Origin: Thermoanaerobaculia bacterium
Lineage (GTDB): Bacteria; Acidobacteriota; Thermoanaerobaculia; Gp7-AA8
Assembly: GCA_017883205.1 (NCBI GenBank)
Contig: JADGNZ010000033.1
Location: forward strand, 3,595 to 67,594
DNA: 64,000 nucleotides
Direction of reading: 5' to 3'
Shown here: positions 27,915-36,804 of the stretch, in pieces
Layout of the letters: each line of letters starts with the position of its first letter
Numbering within the stretch: the stretch's first letter is position 1
Position numbers and translations under genes: made by a program
The notes under the pieces: model-generated
What the model was told of the DNA's origin: nothing
Databases searched by the model: none
The model's input: only the letters and a program-made list of their open reading frames with translations

Positions 27915-28150
27915 TATCGACAGGGCATCGTGATCGAAGGGAGCGCCTTCGATGCCAAACGGTGCGTCGCCGTTTCCAAACGGTGCGTCGCCCTTTTCAA
28001 ACGGTGTGCCGCCGTTTCCAAACGGTGCGTCGCCCTTTTCAAACGGTGCGCTGCCCTTTTCAAACGGTGCGCCGCCGTTTCCAAACGGAGTATCTCTGTT
28101 TCCAAAAAGGAGTGTCTCCAATTCGAAACGAGCGTCTCCAATATCGAAGG
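27915..28150. repeat. Tandem array of 21-bp palindromic units
   Basis: aaacgg at 27957, 27978, 27999, 28020, 28041, 28062, 28083 (exact 21-bp period) with degenerate flanking units; unit aaacggtgcgtcgcc(gtttcc|cttttc). Confidence 0.92.
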
Positions 28151-28155
28151 ACATT

Positions 28156-28185
28156 TTTACAGAAGATGATTGCTGTATCTATCTT
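28156..28185 (+). promoter_or_regulatory. Putative sigma70-type promoter of cassette B
   Basis: TTTACA, 18 nt, TATCTT, followed by gttacaaa (compare tatcttttgctacaaa in cassette A); locally AT-rich. Confidence 0.5.
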
Positions 28186-28189
28186 GTTA

Positions 28190-28532
28190 CAAATTGACCG
28201 CCTTTTTAGCCGGGGGTGCTTCGTCTAAGTATGTCGAGGACGGCAAGGTCACCCGCAAAGAGCGGATGCCCGTTGCCCTACTCGAACGAGGTACTGAGCC
28301 CGTCAAGCTTGAGCCATGGCGCGACGGACCCGGCTGCAAAGTGGGGTTGAGCGGTAGCTCCTCCAGCCTCGGAAGTATCCCCCGCAGCCGCGGACTGTGG
28401 GGGCAGGCGAGCGAACGGATTGCGACGTTTCGCTCATGACGTTCCAACCCGGGACTACGTCCGAGCTGCGCACTCAGTCCGAATGACGTCCCATAACCAA
28501 GTTGCCCTTCGGGGCAGGAAAGGAGTTTCACC
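28190..28532 (+). ncRNA. Putative structured 5' leader / ncRNA of cassette B
   Basis: About 340 nt with hairpins (cccccgcag..ctgtggggg, gagcgaac..gtttcgctc, tgcccttcggggca) and motif blocks shared with the cassette A leader. Confidence 0.5.
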
Positions 28533-29057
28533 ATGTCGAATGAGAATGCAGTCAGTCAAACAAACGCCGCTGCGGCGGCAGACGGTCAGTCCGCCACGCC
28601 GGAAGCGATCGTGGAGACGCTTCGCGCACTGCGCGAGCAGATCCCCGAGTACGTGCAGTTGGCGCCCGCGGACGCGAGGTCGAGTCAGCCTATCGCCAAT
28701 CTCCATCCGGATTTTGCCCAGGCGGCCATCAACGCCATCGGCGCATCGCCGTTGGTCCAGGCCGTCGTCGGCCAAACGCCGGAGGCATTGCAGCAGGAAG
28801 CTGAGTCGGCCGCGCGCTGGTCGAAAGTGGAGGACGAGCTGTTGGCGATGCTGAAAGGCGTCTCCTACGCGAACCTGATGCGGCGTAACCGCCTCGGCGA
28901 AGCAGCCCTGACGGCCTACGCGGTCAGCAAGAAGCTGGTGCGCTCACCGGCGCATGCTGCCCTTCTGCCGCACCTCGCGCTGATGCGGAAGGCCAATCGT
29001 CTCGGACGCAAGTCCCAGCCGACGCCCCCGGCACCGGTTTCAGCGCCCGGTGTCTGA
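28533..29057 (+). CDS. Hypothetical alpha-helical protein, cassette B (paralog of 17894-18433)
   Basis: Strong RBS aaggag; motif-level similarity to the cassette A protein along the full length. Confidence 0.82.
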   Translation: MSNENAVSQTNAAAAADGQSATPEAIVETLRALREQIPEYVQLAPADARSSQPIANLHPDFAQAAINAIGASPLVQAVVGQTPEALQQEAESAARWSKVEDELLAMLKGVSYANLMRRNRLGEAALTAYAVSKKLVRSPAHAALLPHLALMRKANRLGRKSQPTPPAPVSAPGV

Positions 29058-29088
29058 TGCAGTCATGTAGTTGCGCAGTCATGTAGCA

Positions 29089-29118
29089 GCCGGGCGCGCC
29101 GATCGCGGCGCGCCCGGC
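29089..29118 (+). terminator. GC-rich hairpin downstream of cassette B gene
   Basis: 13-bp stem gccgggcgcgccg/cggcgcgcccggc. Confidence 0.65.
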
Positions 29119-29242
29119 CCTTGCCAAGGAGTGCAGGCGTCTCGCCTGCGGCCGGCGGGCGTCCTCGCCCGGCGGTGGTTTCCGTGAAGCCCGGTTCTGT
29201 ACCTGCCCGTTCACCGCTGGCGCACACCGGAACCGAGGACTT

Positions 29243-29339
29243 GCACAGACAAGAGTGTCTGTGCCACACCAGCACCCGCACGAACAAGAGTGTCTGTGGC
29301 ACATCAGCACCCGCGCAGACGAGAGTGTCTTTGCCACAT
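29243..29339. repeat. Three tandem REP-like palindromes (35-bp period)
   Basis: gcacagacaagagtgtctgtgc consensus; gagtgtct at 29253, 29288, 29323. Confidence 0.8.
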
Positions 29340-29358
29340 TGCCCTACAATCCGCGCGC

Positions 29359-30738
29359 ATGAAACGGCTTGTGGTCGTATTTCTGCTCGTGGCGGCATCG
29401 TCCGTCGCTGCACCGCCGCCTCTTGACGCGAAGACGAAGCAACTCGTCTTCGACATCTACAAAGAGCTGATCGAGATCAATACCACCGACTCGGCCGGGA
29501 ACAACACGACCGCGGCAAACGCGATGGCCGCTCGGTTGAGAGCGGCGGGGTTTTCCGCGGGCGATGTGCAGGTGCTGGGGCCGGATCCACGCAAAGGCAA
29601 TCTTGTGGCCCGGCTGCATGGGCGCGGAACGGAGAAGCCGTTGCTGCTGCTCGCGCACCTCGACGTCGTCGAAGCGAAGGCCGAGGATTGGTCGATGAAT
29701 CCGTTCGTGCTCACGGAGAAGGACGGCTACTACTACGGCCGCGGGACGAGCGACGACAAGGCCATGGCGGCGATCTGGATCGCCACGCTCATCCGCTTCA
29801 AACAGGAAGGATGGGTGCCCGACCGCGATGTGATCGTGGCGCTTACGTCCGACGAGGAGACCGGCGGCGCGAACAACGGCGTGGCCTGGCTGCTTGCGAA
29901 TCACCGCGATCTGATCGATGCCTCGTTCGCGCTCAACGAAGGGGGCTCCGGGCGGCTGGAGAACGGCCGCAGGCTTTACAACGGCGTCGGCGCCAGCGAG
30001 AAGGTCTACGTCTCGTTTCGTCTGGAGACGCACAACAAAGGTGGACACAGCTCCGCGCCGCGCAAGGACAACGCCATCTATCAACTGGCGAATGGCCTGG
30101 TGCGGCTGGAGAACTACGAGTTTCCCGTCGCCTTGAACGAGGTGACCCGCGCGTACTTCGAACGGATGTCGTCGATCGAAGAGGGGCCGACGGCGGCGGA
30201 CATGAAGGCCGTCACCGCCGGCGACGCCGCCGCGGCGAAGCGCCTCTCCGCAACGCCGGCCTACAACGCGCAGATGCGCACGACGTGCGTTGCCACGCGC
30301 CTCGAGGGGGGGCACGCGGACAACGCGCTGCCGCAGATGGCACGCGCCACCGTGAACTGCCGGATCCTGCCCGGCGAATCGGCCGATGCCGTTCGCGACA
30401 CGATCGTCAGAGTCCTCGATGATCCGGGAATCGAGATCACCTGGATCGACAAGCCGAAACCAAGCCCGCCGTCGCCGCTCACGCCGGCTGTGATGAAACC
30501 GATCGCCGACGTCACGAACGAGCTCTGGCCCGGCACGCCGGTGCTGCCGCTCATGTCCGCGGGCGCGAGCGATGGCCTCTACCTCCGCAACGCCGGCATC
30601 CCGACGTACGGCGTCTCCGGCCTTTTCGGCGAGCTGACGGACGCCCGGGCGCATGGCCGCGACGAACGGGTGCGCATCGATTCGTTCTATGACAGCGCGC
30701 AGTTCCTTTATGTGCTCGTGAGACGGCTGGCATCGTGA
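29359..30738 (+). CDS. M20/M25/M40 family metallo-hydrolase (secreted)
   Basis: LLLAHLDVV, YGRGTSDDK, TSDEE, LNEGG, GGHSS, GASDG, AHGRDER; signal peptide. Confidence 0.9.
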   Translation: MKRLVVVFLLVAASSVAAPPPLDAKTKQLVFDIYKELIEINTTDSAGNNTTAANAMAARLRAAGFSAGDVQVLGPDPRKGNLVARLHGRGTEKPLLLLAHLDVVEAKAEDWSMNPFVLTEKDGYYYGRGTSDDKAMAAIWIATLIRFKQEGWVPDRDVIVALTSDEETGGANNGVAWLLANHRDLIDASFALNEGGSGRLENGRRLYNGVGASEKVYVSFRLETHNKGGHSSAPRKDNAIYQLANGLVRLENYEFPVALNEVTRAYFERMSSIEEGPTAADMKAVTAGDAAAAKRLSATPAYNAQMRTTCVATRLEGGHADNALPQMARATVNCRILPGESADAVRDTIVRVLDDPGIEITWIDKPKPSPPSPLTPAVMKPIADVTNELWPGTPVLPLMSAGASDGLYLRNAGIPTYGVSGLFGELTDARAHGRDERVRIDSFYDSAQFLYVLVRRLAS

Positions 30739-31352
30739 GGCGTCGATCGATCGCAGCTGTGTGCCTGCTGGTGCTCGCTTCCTGTGGTGGCAATACGCCC
30801 GCGCCGGCACCTGCGCCGGAGCCCGCGCCTTCCGCGCCCGCGCCGGCGGCGACGACCCCCGAAGCAGCTGCGGCCGGGACGGTGCGCGTCAACGTCAGCA
30901 CGCTCAACGTGCGGGACGATGCGTCCGTGTCGGCAGCAATCGTCGGGCATGTGCGGCGTGGCGAGCGTCTGACGCTGATCGCCGAATCGGGCGATTGGCT
31001 GCACGTCCGGCTTCATGACGGCACGACCGGCTGGGTGTCGTCGCAGCTCGTCGTCCGCGATGGGGAAGCAGCGCGCTCCAAACGCGCGGGCTGCCCGTCC
31101 GACAGCGCCTACTCCTTCGTCAACCCGCCGAAGCCTTCGTTTGCCGAACTGGGTCCGCACGGGATGGTCGTGGTCGAAGCGACGGTCGACGCGCGCGGCG
31201 TCGTGACGGCGACGCGGGTCATCTCCAACGACACGCACGACAGTTCGCTCGCCGCGCTGGCCGAGCGCGAGATCCGCGGCGCCCGCTTTGCACCGCCGAT
31301 CCGCAACTGCGTGCCGCGGCCGTTTTTCTTTACGTACAAACGGGCGTTCTGA
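30735..31352 (+). CDS. Lipoprotein with bacterial SH3 domain and TonB-C-like domain
   Basis: Lipobox LASC, Pro/Ala linker, LNVRDDAS...WLHVR...GWVSSQL (SH3b), GMVVVEATVDARGVV...RFAP (TonB-C-like). Confidence 0.75.
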   Translation: MRRRSIAAVCLLVLASCGGNTPAPAPAPEPAPSAPAPAATTPEAAAAGTVRVNVSTLNVRDDASVSAAIVGHVRRGERLTLIAESGDWLHVRLHDGTTGWVSSQLVVRDGEAARSKRAGCPSDSAYSFVNPPKPSFAELGPHGMVVVEATVDARGVVTATRVISNDTHDSSLAALAEREIRGARFAPPIRNCVPRPFFFTYKRAF

Positions 31353-31362
31353 TCCTTGACGA

Positions 31363-31399
31363 AAGCAGCGCGGCCGGATTGTCTCCGGCCGCGCTGCTT
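31363..31399. terminator. Hairpin between convergent genes (probable bidirectional terminator)
   Basis: 16-bp stem aagcagcgcggccgga/tccggccgcgctgctt. Confidence 0.75.
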
Positions 31400-31406
31400 C
31401 GGAAGG

Positions 31407-34004
31407 CTAGTGTCCCGCGGCGTGCCCGCGCGATTGGCCTACAGTAACGGTTACCGTGCCAAAAGCGCTGTTGCCGCTGAAGTCGGTCGTCTGGATCGTG
31501 AGCGTGTAGACCCGGTCGGTTCCGCCGGCGCGCTCGGCGCGAATATCAGCGGTCAGCGGTCCGGTGATATTCCAATCGGGCGACGTGTTGCCGTCGCCAC
31601 TTCCGTTGACCGGTTCACTCGACGAGATCGACACGATATGCGAGACCGGATTCGGGTCGACGAGATCGGATGCGATCACGGTGACTGTGACTGCAACCAT
31701 CTTGTGATTCGGCGGCCAGAGACTGTTCGGCGACGCCGTGATCGAGGCGATCGTCGGCGGTGTGGTATCACGCACGATGACCGAGAACGAGCCGTGTGCC
31801 GTGTTGTTGTGCGTGTCGGTCGCGGTGCACTGTACGGTCGTGGTGCCGAGCGGGAAGGTCGAGCCCGATGGGGGCGTGCAGGTCACCGGTCTCGACCCGT
31901 CGACGATGTCGGTCGATGTTGCGGTGTACGTTACAGCCGCGCCGCTCGTGCTCGTTGCCTCCTTCGTGATCGTTGCCGGGAGCGTGAGGACTGGCGGTGT
32001 GGTGTCGCGGACCGTGACCGTGAACGATCCGGTGGCGGTGTTGCTGTGAAGATCGGTTGCGCTGCATTGAACGGTCGTTGTGCCCAACGGGAACGTTGAG
32101 CCGGATGCCGGTGTGCACGTCACCGGTCGTGCTCCGTCGACGAGGTCGGTGGATGTCGCCGTGTAGGTGGCTGTTGCGCCGGACGCGCTCGTCGCTTCCG
32201 TCGTGATGTTTGCCGGCAGAGCGAGAGCAGGTGGTGTGGTATCGCGAACGGTGACCGTAAACGAGCCGTTCGCCGTGTTGCTGTGCGCGTCGCTAGCGCT
32301 GCACTGAACGGTTGTCGTTCCGATCGGGAATGTCGATCCGGACGCAGGGCTGCACGTCACCGCGACCGGTCCGTCGACGCCGTCGTTTGCCGACGCCGTG
32401 TACGTAACGACGGCGCCGGAAGCGCTGGTTGCTTCGGCCGTGATGTTTGCCGGCAGAGCGAGAGTCGGCGGGGTGGTATCACGAACGGTGACCGTAAACG
32501 AGCCGTTCGCCGTATTGCCGTGCGCGTCGGTTGCACTGCACTGGACGGTCGTCGTTCCGATCGGGAATGTCGATCCGGACGCAGGGCTGCACGTCACCGC
32601 GACCGGTCCGTCGACGTTGTCGTTCGCCGATGCCGTGTACGTAACGACGGCGCCGGAAGCGCTGGTTGCTTCGGCGGTGATATTCGACGGCAGCGTGAGG
32701 ACTGGCGGCGTGACGTCGGCTGACACGATGACCATGAAGGTTCCGCTGGAAGTGTTGAATCTGCTATCCGCCGAAACGCACGTCACGACCGTCGTTCCGA
32801 TCGGGAACGTGGAGCCGGAAGGCGGATTACAGAATACGGGCGTGCTTCCATCGACGAGATCGGCGGCTGTCGCAGCGAACGTGACGACCGCGCCGGCGCC
32901 GCTCGTGGCGCCCGCGTTGATCGTGCCGGGGAGCGTCAACACCGGCGCGGTCGTATCGACGACCGTGACGTGAAAGCTATCGCTTGACGTCCCACCCGCT
33001 GACGTCGCCGAGCAGGAAACGGTCGTCGTCCCAAGGGGGAAGGTCGCGCCCGAGGCGGGGCTGCAACTGATCGTGGCGCTACCGGTCGCGGTGACGCTGA
33101 ACGAGACGGCTGCGCCCGCCGCACTGGTTGCCTCGGCCGTGATGTCGTTCGGGACGGTGATCACGGGTGCGGAGGCGCCGCCCGTAACGGTGATTTTGAA
33201 CGAACCGGCAGAGCGGTTGGCGTGCGAGTCGGTGGCTGTGCACTGGACCGTCGTCGTTCCGACGGGGAACGTCGAGCCCGATGCCGGACTGCAGAAGATG
33301 ATGGGACTCGGATCGGTATTGTCGGTCGCGGTGACGGCATAGGTCACGACCGGGTTGCTGGTGATGATCGTTGCCGGAAGCTGCAGGACCGGAGGCACGG
33401 TGTCCGTGACATTGATCTCGAAGGTTCCTGACGTCGTCCCAAAGGCGTCAGTCGCCGAACAGCTGACCGTCGTGATGCCGACGGGATAAAGAGCGCCGGA
33501 ATTGTGATCGCAGTTGACCGGTACTGGCTGCGAGTCAGCGAAGCTGATGGCACTCACGGTGAAGGTGACGACGGAGCCGGAGGCGCTGGTCGCCTCGGCG
33601 GTGATGGACTCCGGAAGGGACAGCAGCGGCGGCTGCGATGAGCCGTTCGGGATCACATCGAAAGAGCCGGGACCGATCGAGCGCGTGCCGCCGCTGTCGA
33701 TCGCCTCGACGGTCACCGATACCGTGCCGGGAACCGAGAGAACGAAATCAGGGATGCTCACGAAGAGGATTGTTCCGTCGGGGGCGCCGGGACTGGCCCC
33801 AACGGTGGTCGTGCCGAAAGGTCCCGACAGGACGACCTGAGTATCGACGTCTCCCACCAGTCCGGTGCCATCGATCTGGATGAATTGTTCGATGTCGCCT
33901 TGATTGAATGCCGACGGCGTGATCGAAGTGATCGAATCAGCGAAAGCCGCAGGTACGAAAACGAGAATACACAGCAGCAGCAGGCAAAAGGCCGCAGTTT
34001 TCAT
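31407..34004 (-). CDS. Secreted HYR-domain repeat protein
   Basis: Signal peptide; about 8 repeats of DTTPPVLTLP-x-ITAEATS...CSPASGSTFPIGTTTVQCSATD (79-aa period); C-terminal SLWPPNHKM...AERAG domain; tail SRGHAAGH. Confidence 0.9.
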   Translation of the reverse strand: MKTAAFCLLLLCILVFVPAAFADSITSITPSAFNQGDIEQFIQIDGTGLVGDVDTQVVLSGPFGTTTVGASPGAPDGTILFVSIPDFVLSVPGTVSVTVEAIDSGGTRSIGPGSFDVIPNGSSQPPLLSLPESITAEATSASGSVVTFTVSAISFADSQPVPVNCDHNSGALYPVGITTVSCSATDAFGTTSGTFEINVTDTVPPVLQLPATIITSNPVVTYAVTATDNTDPSPIIFCSPASGSTFPVGTTTVQCTATDSHANRSAGSFKITVTGGASAPVITVPNDITAEATSAAGAAVSFSVTATGSATISCSPASGATFPLGTTTVSCSATSAGGTSSDSFHVTVVDTTAPVLTLPGTINAGATSGAGAVVTFAATAADLVDGSTPVFCNPPSGSTFPIGTTVVTCVSADSRFNTSSGTFMVIVSADVTPPVLTLPSNITAEATSASGAVVTYTASANDNVDGPVAVTCSPASGSTFPIGTTTVQCSATDAHGNTANGSFTVTVRDTTPPTLALPANITAEATSASGAVVTYTASANDGVDGPVAVTCSPASGSTFPIGTTTVQCSASDAHSNTANGSFTVTVRDTTPPALALPANITTEATSASGATATYTATSTDLVDGARPVTCTPASGSTFPLGTTTVQCSATDLHSNTATGSFTVTVRDTTPPVLTLPATITKEATSTSGAAVTYTATSTDIVDGSRPVTCTPPSGSTFPLGTTTVQCTATDTHNNTAHGSFSVIVRDTTPPTIASITASPNSLWPPNHKMVAVTVTVIASDLVDPNPVSHIVSISSSEPVNGSGDGNTSPDWNITGPLTADIRAERAGGTDRVYTLTIQTTDFSGNSAFGTVTVTVGQSRGHAAGH

Positions 34005-34071
34005 GCTTAATCCTCCGGTTCGGAGTGACCATTATGCGCGCCTTTTGCCCGTATGTAAATGGAATGAATAA

Positions 34072-35301
34072 TTATTCGTAACGCAGGGCTTCGATCGGGT
34101 GCAGCGAGGCGGCTTTCCAGGCGGGATAGGAGCCGAAGCCGATGCCGATCATCGAGCAGACCAGAAGGCCGGTGCCTGCCCAGAGCCACGGGAAAACCAT
34201 GCTCATGTCGAAGGCAAGGGCGACTCCGTTGCCGCCGAGGACACCGGCCGCGATTCCGGCCAATCCGCCCAGCTCTGAGAGAAGAACGGCCTCGATGAGG
34301 AACTGTTTGATGATGTCGAACTTTCGCGCGCCGATCGCTTTGCGCACGCCGATCTCGCGCGTCCGCTCCGTGACGCTGACGAGCATGATGTTCATGATGC
34401 CGATGCCGGCGGCCAGCAGGGCGATGACGCTGACGACAAACGCGCCGACGCGCACCGTGTCGGCCACCTGTGCGAAAGCCGTGAGCAATGTGTCGTTCGA
34501 GTAGATTTCGAAGTCGTTGTCCTGCCCGAGCTTCAGACCGCGCGCAGTTCGCATCGCCCCGATCGCTTTATCGAGAGTGTCGTTGTAAGTGGCCTGCGAC
34601 GTCGACTGGATGGCGATGTTGACCGTGCGGTTCTCGTGGCCGAAGTCGGAAAAGAATTTCGTGAGCGGCACGAGCACGAGGTCATCCTGACTGTTCCCGA
34701 ACGAGGAGCCCTTCTCATCCAGCACGCCGATGATCGTGTACGGCTTGGAGTTGACCTTGACCGTCTTGCCAAGAGCTGACTGGCTCGGAAAGAGCTTCTT
34801 CTGGATGCTCGCGCCGACGACGGTCACGTTGCGGCCGAGCTCCACATCGTCGGGCGAGATGTTGCGGCCGTAGGCGATGGCGTAGCTGTTGGCGGTGAGG
34901 AAGTACTCGTTGGTGCCGACGACGGTGCGTCCCTGCAAGGTCACCGGGCCGTTGCTGATCGGCCGGCCGCCGTCGAACACCTTCAGGGCGATGGCGTTCG
35001 CCTCGCCACCCATGAGGCGGATGAACTCGTTCGCGTTGTCGAGCGAGATGTCCTTCCGGTTCCTGTACTTCTCCTCGGCGTTTCCTCCGTTGTTGATGAC
35101 CGGATACTTGGCAAACTGGAAGATGTTACTGCCGAGGAAGCTGAGGCCCGTTTCGATGGAGCCCTGGATGGCGCTGAGCGCCGTCATGACGCCGATGACG
35201 GAAAAGACGCCGATGGCCACGCCGAGCATCGTCAGTGCGGAGCGAAGCTTGTTCGTCCGCAACGAACCAAGGGCCATTCGAAAGATTTCGGTGAAGAACA
35301 T
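34072..35301 (-). CDS. ABC transporter permease (MacB/FtsX family)
   Basis: LRSALTMLGVAIGV, GIGIMNIMLVSVTERTREIGVRKAIGA, PIEALRYE. Confidence 0.93.
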   Translation of the reverse strand: MFFTEIFRMALGSLRTNKLRSALTMLGVAIGVFSVIGVMTALSAIQGSIETGLSFLGSNIFQFAKYPVINNGGNAEEKYRNRKDISLDNANEFIRLMGGEANAIALKVFDGGRPISNGPVTLQGRTVVGTNEYFLTANSYAIAYGRNISPDDVELGRNVTVVGASIQKKLFPSQSALGKTVKVNSKPYTIIGVLDEKGSSFGNSQDDLVLVPLTKFFSDFGHENRTVNIAIQSTSQATYNDTLDKAIGAMRTARGLKLGQDNDFEIYSNDTLLTAFAQVADTVRVGAFVVSVIALLAAGIGIMNIMLVSVTERTREIGVRKAIGARKFDIIKQFLIEAVLLSELGGLAGIAAGVLGGNGVALAFDMSMVFPWLWAGTGLLVCSMIGIGFGSYPAWKAASLHPIEALRYE

Positions 35302-35378
35302 GGTGTCAAAGCAGAGGGCAGAGTGCAGAAGGCAGAAGTGAAAAGGAACTTCTGCTTTCTGACTTCAGACCTCTGACC

Positions 35379-36659
35379 TCACTCGTACCTCAACGCTTCA
35401 ATGGGATCCAACCGCGACGCCGACAACGCCGGCGCGAAGCCGGAGAGGATGCCGGTGAGCGTCGAGACGATCATCCCGATGATCACGAGTCCGGCGGAGA
35501 ACTGCATCGGGAATGATGGGAAGGCTGCCGCCACGCCGGAGGTCATCAGGAACGAGAGCGCCAATCCCGCGCCTCCGCCGATCAGGCAGATGCAGACGGC
35601 CTCGACGAGGAACTGCAACAGAATCGTTCGCCGCCGCGCGCCAACGGCCTTGCGCGTACCGATCTCGCGCGTCCGTTCCTTCACGCTCACATAGGTAATG
35701 TTCATGATGCCGATGGCGCCGACGAACAGCGCCAGGCTGGTGACGAACAGGCCGGCGATGGCGATGCCCGCTTTGACCGGCTCGATCGTGCTGCGCAGAC
35801 CTTCCTGCGCGTTGATCTCGAAGTCGTCCTTCTGCTCCGGCCGCAGACCGCGGACGCGGCGCATGTCGCCGGTCAGCTCATCGCGCGCCTGGGCAAGATG
35901 TTCTTTGTCTTTGACCTTGACGCGGATCGATGTATCGAGGCGCGAGCTGAAGGTCTTCATGAATGCGGACATGGGGACGACGACCTGGGTGTCGAAGCTG
36001 AAGAGGCCGAGGAAGGTTCCCTGTTTGCCGTAGACGCCGATGACGCGGAAAGGACTGCCGCCGATCATCACCGTCTTATCGAGGGCGGACTGCTTCGGGA
36101 AGAGGGCGTCGGCCACGTCGTAGCCGAGCACGCAGACGTTGCGCGCTCCGCGGGACTCGATGGCGGTGATGAAGCGCCCCTCTTTGAACGTGGCCGTCGA
36201 CGTCACGAGAAACTCTTCGGTCGTTCCCTGTGTGAAGACGTTCTGCACTTCGTTGTCGCCGTACTTGACGCTGCGATTCGTGTTCAGCGTCGGTACGGCG
36301 GTGATGAGGTTCGAGTTCGGCGTCGCGGCGATGAGACGCTTCAGGGTATCGGCGTACTGCGGCTCGATCCTGCGGCGGTTGCGATAGTTCCACCAGTCAT
36401 CGACGTTGTGCCACGGCCACTTCTCGACGTAAAGGATGTCGTCGCCGATGACGGCAAGGCTGCGCTCGAATCCGATCTCGATGCCGCCGATGGCCGATCC
36501 CATCAGCGTGACGGCGATGATGCCGATGATCACGCCGAGCGCCGTGAGAATCGAGCGCATCTTGTGCGCCCGGATCTGAGTAAACGCAATCCGGAAGCTC
36601 TCCAGCAACTCGATGCGGAAATCGCGGAAAAGGAGTCGGTCGATCAGGCGGTTGCTCAT
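35379..36659 (-). CDS. ABC transporter permease (MacB/FtsX family)
   Basis: MRSILTALGVIIG, IGIMNITYVSVKERTREIGTRKAVGA, DPIEALRYE. Confidence 0.93.
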   Translation of the reverse strand: MSNRLIDRLLFRDFRIELLESFRIAFTQIRAHKMRSILTALGVIIGIIAVTLMGSAIGGIEIGFERSLAVIGDDILYVEKWPWHNVDDWWNYRNRRRIEPQYADTLKRLIAATPNSNLITAVPTLNTNRSVKYGDNEVQNVFTQGTTEEFLVTSTATFKEGRFITAIESRGARNVCVLGYDVADALFPKQSALDKTVMIGGSPFRVIGVYGKQGTFLGLFSFDTQVVVPMSAFMKTFSSRLDTSIRVKVKDKEHLAQARDELTGDMRRVRGLRPEQKDDFEINAQEGLRSTIEPVKAGIAIAGLFVTSLALFVGAIGIMNITYVSVKERTREIGTRKAVGARRRTILLQFLVEAVCICLIGGGAGLALSFLMTSGVAAAFPSFPMQFSAGLVIIGMIVSTLTGILSGFAPALSASRLDPIEALRYE

Positions 36660-36699
36660 GTGTGTCTCGCAGTCTCGCTGTTACTGGTGTTTGTGGAAG

Positions 36700-36800
36700 C
36701 AGAGATCAGAGACAGAAGAGATCAGAGACAAGAGATTCCGCACCTTGGCTGGTCTCTGGTCTCTGATCTCTAGTCTCTGATCTCCTGATCTCTGATCTCT
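36700..36800. repeat. AGAGATC/GATCTCT heptamer inverted repeat pair
   Basis: agagatcagagacagaagagatcagaga ... tctctggtctctgatctctagtctctgatctc; related tracts at 35310-35378, 51415-51512 and 53495-53618. Confidence 0.75.
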
Positions 36801-36804
36801 CGAA

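Noticed and set aside
32230-32700. Near-identical 237-bp direct repeats as a possible DGR template/variable pair
   Set aside because: In-frame HYR domain duplications within one gene; no reverse transcriptase and no adenine-specific pattern noticed.
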